A DNA stretch of 64,000 bases from Candidatus Dormibacteria bacterium (GTDB taxonomy: Bacteria; Chloroflexota; Dormibacteria; Aeolococcales; Aeolococcaceae), in assembly GCA_049964715.1 (NCBI GenBank), contig JBMFXB010000001.1, positions 34,085 to 98,084 on the forward strand, given 5' to 3'. The notes under the pieces were generated by a model that was not told the DNA's origin, made no database searches, and saw only the letters and a program-made list of their open reading frames with translations. The position numbers were made by a program, and so were the translations under genes. Shown piece by piece: positions 1-9,803 of this stretch (the stretch's first letter is position 1; the number at the start of each line of letters is the position of its first letter).

Positions 1-1221
1 TTTCTGCAGTGATGCAGCCAAGTCCTTACCAACATCGTGCGTTGCAGAGTAAACCAGGCGTGCTTCAGGAATCCGGCTGACTATCCGCTTTGCAATTCGC
101 TGGACATCCTTCTTCGAGATTGCATTGATTGCAGCAAGGCGAGCCTCTCGACTCTCAAATGGCTTTCCTGCTCCCCAGCGGATGGCAGTAGCAAGACCTC
201 GCATCTTTGCAGACTCTTCCTGATAGCCCATGGCAAAGGCAAACTGCTTCTTTGCATCCGCAATCTCTTTGTCTTTCGGTCCATTCTCTGCAAGGTCAAC
301 GAGTTGTGCAACAGCAGCTGCAAGTGCAGGAGAGCCATTTTCGGGAAGTGCTGAAGTGGAGATGACAAAGGCACCGCAATTCTCGTATCGCTGCGACTCA
401 GCCGTTATACCGTAACACAGTCCAAGCTTTCCCCGCACCACTGCAAACAAGCGTGCAAGCATTCCACCCGAAAGTATCTGCTGAAGCACTGAATCTGCAA
501 GCCAGTCAGGGTCATCACGTGCAATTCCGGGAAGAACAAGCGACACATCAAGCTTGGGCCTATCTCCGGGAATTGGCTGTCGTACATATTTCACTGGAGG
601 ACGTGATGCTGCCTGCCATGAAGGCGCGTTTCGTAGTCGGACTGCTGGACGACCTGGGACAAGGGATGCTGTGCACGCACGTGCAGTCTTCTCATCGAGA
701 GTCATTCCTCCAGTCACAATGAGTGCACACTGATCTCCCCGAAGGAGTTGCTTCCTGAATGCAAGGAGCTCCTCACGTCGAACATGTTCAACAACCTTTC
801 GATCTGGAAGCTCTGCCTTTGCAAGGGAACTGCCAGGTGCAAATGCTGTGGAGAGGACATGGTGTTCTACCCATGATTCAGGATCCATCTGCAGGGTATC
901 GATGGCATTGAGTATTTCCTGACGAGTACTATCGACATCTTCCACAGATGGAGCAGGGTTGTTGACCATATCCCCCAGGAGCTCTGCCAGCTTTTGAAGG
1001 TCTGATGCACGCCCGCTGATCTGAAAGACTGTCGACTCAGGGCTCACCTTCACCTTCACAGAGGCGCCAAGTGCATCGATTTCCTCAAGCACAGCTTCCC
1101 TGTCTGGACGATGTGTTGTTGCTCCAAAGAAGAGTTCCGCAACGAACTGGGTAAGGCCTGTCTCTGTTCGTTTCTCATCACGAGATCCTCTTCGAACAAC
1201 TAGGGTTATTGCCCCCATCAT
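1..1221 (-). CDS. M16 (pitrilysin/insulinase) family peptidase-like protein, N-terminal ~406 aa; C-terminus runs off the window edge. The zinc motif HxxEH is degenerate (TQFVAEL), so it is probably a non-catalytic M16 subunit
   Basis: Manual reverse-strand translation from ATG at 1221: MMGAITLVVRRGSRDE...GLTQFVAELFFGATTHR... This is the typical M16 N-terminal domain layout. The ORF is absent from the track because it has no stop inside the window. Confidence 0.7.
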   Translation of the reverse strand, partial: MMGAITLVVRRGSRDEKRTETGLTQFVAELFFGATTHRPDREAVLEEIDALGASVKVKVSPESTVFQISGRASDLQKLAELLGDMVNNPAPSVEDVDSTRQEILNAIDTLQMDPESWVEHHVLSTAFAPGSSLAKAELPDRKVVEHVRREELLAFRKQLLRGDQCALIVTGGMTLDEKTARACTASLVPGRPAVRLRNAPSWQAASRPPVKYVRQPIPGDRPKLDVSLVLPGIARDDPDWLADSVLQQILSGGMLARLFAVVRGKLGLCYGITAESQRYENCGAFVISTSALPENGSPALAAAVAQLVDLAENGPKDKEIADAKKQFAFAMGYQEESAKMRGLATAIRWGAGKPFESREARLAAINAISKKDVQRIAKRIVSRIPEARLVYSATHDVGKDLAASLQK

Positions 1222-1389
1222 GGCTCCTGGAGTTGTCATGTTTACAAACTCCACACCATTTGGGAGCGTGGTCACCAGTGGGGCGGAATGTGTAGAATCT
1301 GCCATGGAACGGAGTATACCCATTCGTCGGTGCGATGGTCATCACACCAAGGTGACAAGACTCCCTCCGGGATCCGTGAAGGGCGAGCC

Positions 1390-3882
1390 CTACCCTTTAC
1401 TTCTGTCTCTCCTGCTTCGTCGAAAAAGAACAAGCATGCAAGCGAAGACCAATACTAACGCAAGTATCACCACTGCACCACTCTCAACTGGAGAATATGA
1501 CTTCTTTCTATGCAGTGGTTTTCCAGCGTGCTGATTCATGGTAAGGGCAACTGCATGAGCTGGCACAAGACGAACGATAAAAGTGTACGATACTCCATCC
1601 TTGATATAGGTTCCTGCTGCAAGACACTGGCTGGCATTCCCGCAGGTCACAGAGTCCAGAGCGTCCTCCGTCGTTGGCGACTGATTGGCCACCTTTTCCG
1701 TGATCCATGAGGACCCATTCCATGCGATCAGCACATTTCTCGAATCCTGGGTTGCCTGTGTGTTTCCTACGGCATAGCAGACATTCGTGGCTGTACAAGT
1801 CACTGAACGTAGTGTCACTGCCCCTCCGGAATCAGGCAGTCCAATCTCTGCTGTCTCAAGTGTGCTACCTGTCCAGATATCTGCTACGGGCATACTTCCC
1901 GTACCTGTTTCCCGATTTCCCACTGCCATGCATGTTAGTCTCGACAGGCAGAATACTCCGTCAAAACTCCCTGAAAATGATTGATTACCTGCAATGGGAA
2001 TACTTTGCAGAGCAGAACCATTCCACTGAATGAGCACAGGCGTATTTCTAAAACTCCCCACAGCCAGGCACGTACCAGACACTACACAGGAAATGCTCAT
2101 GAGCCTACTGGTATCAGGTGCTGCATGCACCGTCCATGAAGCACCATCCCAAATGGCTACCATCCCTGTAGCAGGATTTCCTTCATCACCGACAGCAGCA
2201 CAAAATGCCAGTGTTGTACAGCTGACTGATGACAACAATCCATTCACTCCTGAAATGCCCGATGATATCGATTGCCACTTGGTACCATTCCACTGTTCAG
2301 CAAGAACGACCTGTTTCCCTGACTGATCAGTGTGTCCAACAGCCACACAATCAGCCGAATCAATGCAACTCACACCTGAAAGCGTCCATGACATCGACCC
2401 TGGAAATCCGACGCCTGAGTAACTGTTCCACCCAGCTCCATCCCCTTGCCCCACAGAAGGATTCCCATACAGAGTATTGGTTGTAGCCTCTGTATGTCCG
2501 GTTGGGTCTGTCATGTCCCCAACAAGCATGCAAAACGCTCCACTGGTACAGGAAATCCCCCGTGCAAAATGTCCCGTACGTGGAGCTGTAAATGGAGAGG
2601 ACTGTATCTCAATGGTTCCTCCTGGTTTCCATACAACTGGAGTTGCACCAATGAACACCACGCATGATGAGGTAGGACAGGCGAGTTTCCAATCGACAGG
2701 AAGGAGTGGGACAGAACCAGGATTCACTGAAGGTTGTGAAATGTTCCACTGGGATCCATTTAAGACAGCCCCAAAAAACTGTCCCAAAGCGTAGTTCCTA
2801 CTATTTGAACTTGTTCCCCCTGCTGCAGTGCAGTAATTCACTGCTGTGCACGTCACTGCATTGAGCCACAGATCACCATGCGGGTCAAGTGATGGCGATG
2901 GAACGATTCTCCAGGAGGATCCATCCCACACTTCTGCAAGTATCCGCTGGAATCCCCCGAGAATGACTGCATACGTCCCTAGGGCAAGACAATATGTTGT
3001 CGTTACACAGGATACAGACGTTATGTCGTCACCACTTGTTGTAGTCCCTGGAGTCTGTAAAAGTGTTGTCTTCATTGTTCTGCCGGGTGTCCAGGTCAGA
3101 ATGTCATTTTCCACTCCTGAACTTGTAGAACTATCAGAAACAAGAAGCATGCACCAGTTGATTCCTGCACAAGAGGCGCTGAGCATTTCAGGTGGGTTCC
3201 TCGTTCCAAAGCCTGTACCACGTGGAAGACTGAGATTGTGTCCATTGCTCCATGATGACCCGGAAAGAATGCTGTACCACGAGGCAGTACAGTCGCCTGA
3301 ACAACCCGCTGTTTCCACTGTCGATCCAAAAGCAATGCACGAGTTGCCACTGCATGAGGCATCCTCAATAGTCTGGTAAAGGCACGATGGTCCGAAGAAT
3401 GTAGTACATGACATCCCTGAAGTACAACCTGGAACTGTACTGCACTGTGCACCTACAACTGCAACTGTATTTGGGGCTGTAGCATTCCAGTGTGTACCAT
3501 TCCACACATACGAAGCATTTCCATATGCAAGACAGTACGTTGTTGATGCACAACTCACACCATTGAATTGCGGGGAGAATGTATTCGATGCCGTGAGAGT
3601 GAGTGCTGTTGACCAGGATGAGCCATTCCAGCTGAGAAGCACTGCTTCATTGTCACCAAAGCTCCCAGCAGCTATACAGAACGATGGGCCCCCACAGCTC
3701 ACATACGGAAATGCAGCAGTTGGATACTGTGCTCCTGTTGGTCCCCACTGGAAAACCCACTGCTCTGGCGTAACTGAACGGGCATCAGCATAGCTGGCAC
3801 TAGCTGAAAACAGCAGTGCTACTACAACGACCATCATCCGAAGGTATTGAAAGTTAGGCAAACGGAAGTGCAGTACATTCAT
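1390..3882 (-). CDS. Membrane-anchored surface repeat protein. Domain order: signal peptide, then ~14 tandem ~50-aa repeats (SCxSxxxCxAVG...WNGSxW), then a C-terminal TM anchor with a basic tail
   Basis: 873-aa ORF. Probable start at MNVLHF/MMVVVVALLFSASASYADA (signal peptide). Repeats seen directly, e.g. VSCASTTYCLAYG...VWNGTHW, SCVTTTYCLALG...VWDGSSW, SCTTLAFCAAVG...IWDGASW. C-terminus ends AVVILALVLVFACMLVLFRRSRRDRSKG. Confidence 0.7.
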   Translation of the reverse strand: MNVLHFRLPNFQYLRMMVVVVALLFSASASYADARSVTPEQWVFQWGPTGAQYPTAAFPYVSCGGPSFCIAAGSFGDNEAVLLSWNGSSWSTALTLTASNTFSPQFNGVSCASTTYCLAYGNASYVWNGTHWNATAPNTVAVVGAQCSTVPGCTSGMSCTTFFGPSCLYQTIEDASCSGNSCIAFGSTVETAGCSGDCTASWYSILSGSSWSNGHNLSLPRGTGFGTRNPPEMLSASCAGINWCMLLVSDSSTSSGVENDILTWTPGRTMKTTLLQTPGTTTSGDDITSVSCVTTTYCLALGTYAVILGGFQRILAEVWDGSSWRIVPSPSLDPHGDLWLNAVTCTAVNYCTAAGGTSSNSRNYALGQFFGAVLNGSQWNISQPSVNPGSVPLLPVDWKLACPTSSCVVFIGATPVVWKPGGTIEIQSSPFTAPRTGHFARGISCTSGAFCMLVGDMTDPTGHTEATTNTLYGNPSVGQGDGAGWNSYSGVGFPGSMSWTLSGVSCIDSADCVAVGHTDQSGKQVVLAEQWNGTKWQSISSGISGVNGLLSSVSCTTLAFCAAVGDEGNPATGMVAIWDGASWTVHAAPDTSRLMSISCVVSGTCLAVGSFRNTPVLIQWNGSALQSIPIAGNQSFSGSFDGVFCLSRLTCMAVGNRETGTGSMPVADIWTGSTLETAEIGLPDSGGAVTLRSVTCTATNVCYAVGNTQATQDSRNVLIAWNGSSWITEKVANQSPTTEDALDSVTCGNASQCLAAGTYIKDGVSYTFIVRLVPAHAVALTMNQHAGKPLHRKKSYSPVESGAVVILALVLVFACMLVLFRRSRRDRSKG

Positions 3883-5168
3883 GTGACATGCTCCTTTCTG
3901 GAATACAGCCAGTACCCTCCTGCGAGCAGTACACAAACGATAATTACTGCAACAACATATGACCAACTCCATGGAGCAGGAAGCCTGATGAACTCCAGCC
4001 TTTCCCTGCACGAACTACAGGAGGAAGCAACAAAAGAGCATGTACTTGGACTTGCACACGGTTCAGAAAGAGCATCAACTTGCGGAACTGTCCTAATCGT
4101 TATGATCTTCCCTGACCCAGTATCAATTGACAGAACTTGTGCTGGATGAACCGGATATTGCACGTCTGGAATAATCACAATGCATGACCCTGAATATGGA
4201 CATGTCAGCTGTGTGTCAATCTGCATATACGAAATATTTCGAAGAACTGTCATGTTCCAAGTGGATCCTGAGATAGTGGCAATGAAGGCGTATTCCCTGT
4301 CATTGAGCCCATTCTGAAATCTTGCTTCACTTGTTCCTGCAACGATGCAAAAAGAGGCTCCTGTGCAGGAGATTCCCTGATACTGGTACTCTGCGTTCTT
4401 GCTTGCTGGCTGTGCAGGTAGAACAGTCCAGCCCGATTCTGAATGTTGTACAACCACAGCATTGCCATTAATAATTCCATGCAACGTTGCTGTATCTGCT
4501 ATGGCATTGCATTCATTATTTCCTGAACACGAAACTCCGCTAAAGCTGTATCCACTGCTCAGCTTCGGAGGCGGGAGCACACTCCACTGGCTCCCATTCC
4601 ATTCTGTAGCCACAGGTTTCGTGAAAACGGTATCCCTGAAGCCTCCCTCCGCATTACCAACGGCAAGACAGTAGCTTCGTGATGTACAACTGAGATGGTT
4701 GAGGATCACGCCAAGTCCTGCAACGTGGGTATCAATATTCTTCCTCTCCCACGCAGAACCATTCCACAGCTCTGAAAATGGTGGTTTTACTCCATTGCTT
4801 CCACCAAGAGACATGCACCAGGAGGGGGAAATGCATACCACTTGGGAAAGTCCCCACGCCCCCTGTAGGTTCTCTGATAACGGCAAGGGTCTTGGGGACC
4901 ACTGTGATCCATTCCACTGGGCTGCAACTCCGAAACTGAAATAGTCTTTATTTGTGTACGTACCAACGGCCATACAAAAGGAACGGGATGTACAGGAAAT
5001 TGCTGAGTACGTTGTTTCCCCATACTGCGTCGGAACTGGAAGGGCGCCTCCCGCAGTGGATACAACTGGTGTTGCAGATCCAATTCCTGCAGTTGCTACA
5101 GTCAACACGAAAGCTAACACAATCAGGGTGACGACAAGACCGAGAAGACGAATGGGATGACGGGTCAT
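3879..5168 (-). CDS. Paralogous membrane-anchored surface repeat protein (~7 copies of the same Cys-pair/WNGSxW repeat). N-terminal TM/signal and C-terminal TM anchor
   Basis: 429 aa. N-terminus MTRHPIRLLGLVVTLIVLAFVLTVATAG. Repeats SCTSRSFCMAVG...QWNGSQW, SCTSRSYCLAVG...EWNGSQW. C-terminus YVVAVIIVCVLLAGGYWLYSRKEHVT. Its stop overlaps the start region of the upstream paralog. Confidence 0.7.
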   Translation of the reverse strand: MTRHPIRLLGLVVTLIVLAFVLTVATAGIGSATPVVSTAGGALPVPTQYGETTYSAISCTSRSFCMAVGTYTNKDYFSFGVAAQWNGSQWSPRPLPLSENLQGAWGLSQVVCISPSWCMSLGGSNGVKPPFSELWNGSAWERKNIDTHVAGLGVILNHLSCTSRSYCLAVGNAEGGFRDTVFTKPVATEWNGSQWSVLPPPKLSSGYSFSGVSCSGNNECNAIADTATLHGIINGNAVVVQHSESGWTVLPAQPASKNAEYQYQGISCTGASFCIVAGTSEARFQNGLNDREYAFIATISGSTWNMTVLRNISYMQIDTQLTCPYSGSCIVIIPDVQYPVHPAQVLSIDTGSGKIITIRTVPQVDALSEPCASPSTCSFVASSCSSCRERLEFIRLPAPWSWSYVVAVIIVCVLLAGGYWLYSRKEHVT

Positions 5169-5253
5169 GCTGCCATTCTACTTCTGAGTATGTAACGACG
5201 AGCACAGCATCGGATGGGTTGTCATGTGGTATGACAGCCCATCCGATATTCAC

Positions 5254-6558
5254 CTACCCGGCAAATGTGTCTACACCAAGCAAGCCACACCCGCAAGTAT
5301 CCCCCGTTACGGGGTCGATAAAGATGAGACTTCCCATCCCCTTACATGCATCATAGGAATCATGGACAAGGGGTTCAGCTGATTGGATTTTCACAACACC
5401 GATTCCATTCTCCTCGATGGAGTCATATGGAACAATGGAACGTTCCTGCAGATCCACAATGCCAACTATTTCAACAACCCGAGCGTGGGTTTCTCTTGTT
5501 GAGTGTCGGAGAATATATCGCTTTCCAGCAAGTAGTGGCTGGGCTGCAAACCAGAGAACAGTCACCTCAAGATCGCTTGAAGAGGCAGGGAGTTTTCCAG
5601 TCGCTATCGTGTCTCCACGTGAAACATCAATATCCTCTGCCAGGGTAATCTGCACGGACTCTCCTGGAACAGCACTGGCTGCAGGACCACTGCTTTTGAG
5701 TATTGCGGAGACAGTTGCACTAATACCTCGTGGAAGGACTGTCACCGTGTCACCTTCCCGCAGATTGTCGCCAAGAACCATGCCTGCATACGCTCTGCCA
5801 CCATTTTTCGATCGGATCGTCCACTGGACTGGCAAGCGGGAGCTTCCTCCTGGGATATGGGAATTTGTAGCTGCTTCAAGACTGTCCACTGCACCAAAAA
5901 CACTAGGACCCGTATACCAGGATGCATGTATTGAGTGGGTTACAACATTATCACCGTACAGTGCAGAGATTGGAACGACAATTGTTGTACGTATGCCAAG
6001 TTCCTGTGCGAAATCTTCCAGTTCTGTTGCTACTGACTCAAATGGCTCCCTCTTCCAGCCAACCCTATCCATCTTGTTCACTGCAGCAACGACAGAAGTT
6101 ATTCCCATGAGGCGTGCAATTGCGAGATGGCGCTTCGTTTGTTCGCGTATTCCCTTCTCGACATCGATAACCACGACAGCCGCATCAGCTGTCGACGCCC
6201 CTGTTGCCATGTTCCGTGTGTATTCGACATGTCCTGGGCAATCCGCAATAATGAGTTTTCGTGTGGATGTTGCTGCATACCGGTATGCGACATCAATCGT
6301 AATACCTTGCTCGCGTTCTGCCTTAAGCCCATCCGTCACATATGCAAGTTCCACTCCCTCAACACCACGCCGTGCACTTGCATCAGCAACTGCCTGAATC
6401 TGATCCCGAAAGAGCTGCTTTGAATCGTGGAGAAAGCGACCAATGAGTGTTGACTTTCCGTCATCCACTGAACCAATGGCTGCAATGCGAAGTAAAGGGG
6501 CATCTTCAATGGTATCCCTTCCTGGCTCTGTCGTACTTGACGTCATGGAATGAGACAT
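5254..6558 (-). CDS. cysN: Sulfate adenylyltransferase subunit 1 (CysN GTPase). No CysC kinase fusion
   Basis: GTPase motifs GSVDDGKSTL, DCPGH and NKMD. Overall EF-Tu-like CysN architecture. Adjacent to and overlapping cysD. Start chosen at MSHSMTSS to abut the cysD stop. Confidence 0.88.
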   Translation of the reverse strand: MSHSMTSSTTEPGRDTIEDAPLLRIAAIGSVDDGKSTLIGRFLHDSKQLFRDQIQAVADASARRGVEGVELAYVTDGLKAEREQGITIDVAYRYAATSTRKLIIADCPGHVEYTRNMATGASTADAAVVVIDVEKGIREQTKRHLAIARLMGITSVVAAVNKMDRVGWKREPFESVATELEDFAQELGIRTTIVVPISALYGDNVVTHSIHASWYTGPSVFGAVDSLEAATNSHIPGGSSRLPVQWTIRSKNGGRAYAGMVLGDNLREGDTVTVLPRGISATVSAILKSSGPAASAVPGESVQITLAEDIDVSRGDTIATGKLPASSSDLEVTVLWFAAQPLLAGKRYILRHSTRETHARVVEIVGIVDLQERSIVPYDSIEENGIGVVKIQSAEPLVHDSYDACKGMGSLIFIDPVTGDTCGCGLLGVDTFAG

Positions 6559-6559
6559 C

Positions 6560-7477
6560 CTAGAAGTACCCTTCACGCTTTCTCTCCTCCATCGAATGCT
6601 CTGAAAATCGATCATCAGCACGGGTTGCACCGCGCTCACTCACATCGGACATTTCTACTTCCCGCAGAATCTCTGCTATTGTCCGTGCAGCAGATGGAAC
6701 TGCAGCTGTGCAGGTTGCATCCCCCACAGTGCGAAAGCGTACTGTGGATCTGGATGTTGCCTCACCGTCTCCTGGCTGGAGAAACTCTGTCACTGCAAGC
6801 AGCATATTGTCACGAAGAACGACCTCCCGTTCATGTGCGAAATAGAGTTCGGGTAGAGCAATCGATTCACGCTCGATGTATTGCCAGATATCCCGTTCTG
6901 TCCAATCTGAGATGGGGAAGATCCGAAGATGCCGACCCTGGTTCCTGCTCATGTTGAAGATATTCCAGAGTTCTGGTCTCTGGTGCCGTGGATCCCACTG
7001 ACCAAATGAATCCCGCACGGACACAATCCGTTCCTTGGCCCGGACCTTGTCCTCATCACGTCGGGCACCTCCAATGAGGGCATCGAAATGGTACTCATCT
7101 ATTGCATCGAGAAGCGTCACGCTCTGGAGACGATTTCTTGAAACTCCATCACCAGGATCAGTGACTCGACCCATGTCAATCGATTGTTGTACAGAGGCAA
7201 CAATGAGCTCTTCCCCAAGCTCCTGCATACATTGATCCCGAAATGTGAGCACCTCTGGAAAATTGTGTCCTGTATCCACATGGAGTACTGGAAATGGAAA
7301 TCGTGCAGGACGAAATGCTTTCTCTGCAAGTCGCAGGAGAACAGCTGAATCTTTCCCTCCACTGAAGAGCAGTGCTGGTCGTTCGCACATTGCTGCAACT
7401 TCACGAAGGATGTATATGCTTTGTGATTCAAGTGAATCGAGATGCGAGAGACTGGACAACGTAGGTGGGGTATGCAT
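6560..7477 (-). CDS. cysD: Sulfate adenylyltransferase subunit 2 (CysD, PAPS-reductase-like ATP pyrophosphatase fold)
   Basis: LTHLDxLESQSIYILREV N-terminus, SGGKDS P-loop, and conserved CysD core. Immediately upstream of cysN. Confidence 0.9.
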   Translation of the reverse strand: MHTPPTLSSLSHLDSLESQSIYILREVAAMCERPALLFSGGKDSAVLLRLAEKAFRPARFPFPVLHVDTGHNFPEVLTFRDQCMQELGEELIVASVQQSIDMGRVTDPGDGVSRNRLQSVTLLDAIDEYHFDALIGGARRDEDKVRAKERIVSVRDSFGQWDPRHQRPELWNIFNMSRNQGRHLRIFPISDWTERDIWQYIERESIALPELYFAHEREVVLRDNMLLAVTEFLQPGDGEATSRSTVRFRTVGDATCTAAVPSAARTIAEILREVEMSDVSERGATRADDRFSEHSMEERKREGYF

Positions 7478-7575
7478 GAATCATTTCTTAAGGCTTTCCT
7501 CAGATAAGAGGACTCCCTCTACCTTTATCATAGTGCTCAAGACTGCTCCCTGAGACTCGCCTGAGAACCACTGGG

Positions 7576-8295
7576 GTGCACCCACAGGAGACAAAGATGA
7601 CTCGGACAGCACCCAACCATTCTGTAGAGGAACTCTCGGAAAAGTCTGCAGCATTTGAACATGCTCATCCTGAAGAGATCCTTTCATGGGCAATTGGGGA
7701 GTTTGGGAATAGCATCGTTCTTGCATGTTCATTTCAGGACTGCGTTCTCATCGACATGGCAACAGCAATTGATCCTGCCATCGAGGTTGTCTTCCTCGAC
7801 ACTGGTGCACATTTCCCGGAAACACTGTCCTTCGTCGAAACAGTACGATCCCAATTCAATCTCAACCTCACTGTCACATCCCCGCCTGCTGAAGCTGCAG
7901 CGTGGACCTGCGGCACAGCCCACTGCTGTGAACTTAGAAAGGTTGAACCCCTGCGCTCTGCACTTGCAAGAAAGGCTGCATGGATCACTGCACTTAAACG
8001 ATGTGATGCCCCCACACGAACTGCTGCACCAATCTGCTCTTTTGACAATCAATTTGGTCTCGTGAAAATCAATCCGCTTGCTACATGGTCTGACGAAGAT
8101 GTAGAGGAATACCGTATCGGACACGACCTCCCAGCTCATCCACTCATCGCCAAGGGATTTCCCTCTATTGGTTGTGCACCAACCACACGACCAGTTGCCC
8201 CTGGTGAACATCCCCGTTCTGGACGGTTCTTCGGAATGGAAAAAACAGAATGCGGGCTCCATCTTCCCTCTTCAACTGCTGCATCTCAGTCGTAA
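7576..8295 (+). CDS. cysH: Adenylylsulfate (APS)/PAPS reductase, thioredoxin-dependent, with Fe-S cysteine pairs (CysH)
   Basis: PAPS-reductase fold (ILACSFQDCVLIDMA, VVFLDTGAHFPET). Cys pairs CC...ECGLH are typical of the [4Fe-4S] APS reductase type. Transcribed divergently from cysDN. Confidence 0.8.
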   Translation: MHPQETKMTRTAPNHSVEELSEKSAAFEHAHPEEILSWAIGEFGNSIVLACSFQDCVLIDMATAIDPAIEVVFLDTGAHFPETLSFVETVRSQFNLNLTVTSPPAEAAAWTCGTAHCCELRKVEPLRSALARKAAWITALKRCDAPTRTAAPICSFDNQFGLVKINPLATWSDEDVEEYRIGHDLPAHPLIAKGFPSIGCAPTTRPVAPGEHPRSGRFFGMEKTECGLHLPSSTAASQS

Positions 8296-8493
8296 GCAAC
8301 AATCCCCACGCTTCGCCTCCACCATCACGACTGCACCCGCACCTGTACAACGATAGCCTCCCTTGGGATGACAACTATCAGTGGGAAACCTGCTACTGGC
8401 AATTTTTCTTCCCAGCAGGTACAATGGTTCAAGGAGTCATATAGGTAGATCGACATACGGTCTCCTGTCTTACTCGCAAGAGAGGGGAATGGG

Positions 8494-9462
8494 GTGATTC
8501 GTATTCCATGGGTGCATGGGCATAAGTTACAGTCCGATGTAGATTCATCGTGGTATCAAGCGATGACGTCTGGACATGCGGATGATGTTGCGCCTGCAGC
8601 ACACAGCGCCTGGGGACCGGAGTATTGGCCACAGGAAGTGCGCGACAATCTCACAAGCTGGCCACCAACATTCAAGGAACGACAGATCATAGATGCTGTC
8701 CGTACACCGTGGAGTGGACCAGTTGTCCTTTCTGTAATGGGACGAAAGCATGGCGTGGGGAAAAGTACGATTGCACGTCTTCTGCAGCAGATATATGCCC
8801 TCCACCGCAATGACACAATCGTGCTCGTTCGACAACAAGGATTGAAGGAAAGCAGTGTTGTTCCAAGTGAAGAAACGCTTGTACAAGTAAGCGGTACACC
8901 TGCTACTCAACTTTCTTTTCCTTCAAATCCTGCAATGCGACCATCCCCGAACATGACACCTGAAGTGGACCTCATGCCCGGTACAAAACTCGCCTTTGCG
9001 GATGCTCCTGCTGATCCTTCCCGGATCCGTGAACTTCTTGCACATCTCAAAAGGCAGTACTCACTCGTCATCTGCGACATTGAGGACACGACGAATGACG
9101 ATGCTGTCTTTGCATACCTTTCTCAAAGCACACAGATTATCATGGTCGCAACTCCAAGTATTGATGGGGTGTATGCAGCCTCATCTACGCTTGACTGGCT
9201 TCGTGAACAAGGATTTCGTGAACTCAGTGATCAGGCAATAGTCTGCATTAACCAGATCCGAACAATACCTTTCAGCACACTTGTTTCCATAACGCGATAC
9301 TTCCAGCAGCATCGACGCACTGTTGTGCGTGTAGTCTGGGACAGGGCAATTGCACATGATGTCCACGTTCCAGATCTTGATGCTCTCCTGCCCTCAACAA
9401 GGACAGGTCTCCATGAGCTTGCAGCTGCTGTCGCACTTCAAAGTTGTTATTCGCATGCATAA
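8494..9462 (+). CDS. ParA/MinD/CpaE-family P-loop ATPase with ~75-aa N-terminal extension (deviant Walker A: GRKHGVGKST). First gene of the VirB4-centred cluster
   Basis: GTG start preceded by GAGAGGGG. Walker A VLSVMGRKHGVGKSTIARLL. Walker B-like SLVICDIEDTT. MinD-like C-terminal region IMVATPSIDGVYAA. Confidence 0.6.
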   Translation: MIRIPWVHGHKLQSDVDSSWYQAMTSGHADDVAPAAHSAWGPEYWPQEVRDNLTSWPPTFKERQIIDAVRTPWSGPVVLSVMGRKHGVGKSTIARLLQQIYALHRNDTIVLVRQQGLKESSVVPSEETLVQVSGTPATQLSFPSNPAMRPSPNMTPEVDLMPGTKLAFADAPADPSRIRELLAHLKRQYSLVICDIEDTTNDDAVFAYLSQSTQIIMVATPSIDGVYAASSTLDWLREQGFRELSDQAIVCINQIRTIPFSTLVSITRYFQQHRRTVVRVVWDRAIAHDVHVPDLDALLPSTRTGLHELAAAVALQSCYSHA

Positions 9463-9512
9463 TCAGGTATTACATAAGGATAGTGTTTTGTCTCGACAAG
9501 GAGGACGGGAAC

Positions 9513-9803
9513 ATGTGGGTATTGGGTGATGTGAGCTGGACACCAAATCCCAGCGCTTTGCCAGGTTTCGGAACACTGCAGGCTATTACCGATGCAGTTG
9601 GTGCCTATGCACTACTCGGATGCCTGATTGCAATTATTGGTGGTGGGGTCGCCTGGGCAGCTGGATCAAGTTCAGCAAATGCACAGGTCGCAGCAATGGG
9701 CAAGAAGACCGTTGCAGGAGCTATCATTGGAGCACTCATCATTGGTGCATCCTCGATCCTGATCAACTTCTTCTACCATACAGGCCAGACGCTGCAATCC
9801 TGA
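9513..9803 (+). CDS. Small two-TM membrane protein, pilin-like (VirB2/TrbC-like or PrgI/VirB3-like) component
   Basis: ATG at 9513 with AAGGAGGA 7 nt upstream. 96 aa with two hydrophobic helices (AVGAYALLGCLIAIIGGGVAWAA and VAGAIIGALIIGASSILINFF) separated by a short Ser/Ala loop. Position is between the ATPase and the VirB6-like gene. Confidence 0.5.
   Translation: MWVLGDVSWTPNPSALPGFGTLQAITDAVGAYALLGCLIAIIGGGVAWAAGSSSANAQVAAMGKKTVAGAIIGALIIGASSILINFFYHTGQTLQS

Noticed and set aside
5417-6397. 326-aa plus-strand ORF
   Set aside because: It is antisense to cysN, which has unambiguous GTPase motifs. It is a shadow ORF.
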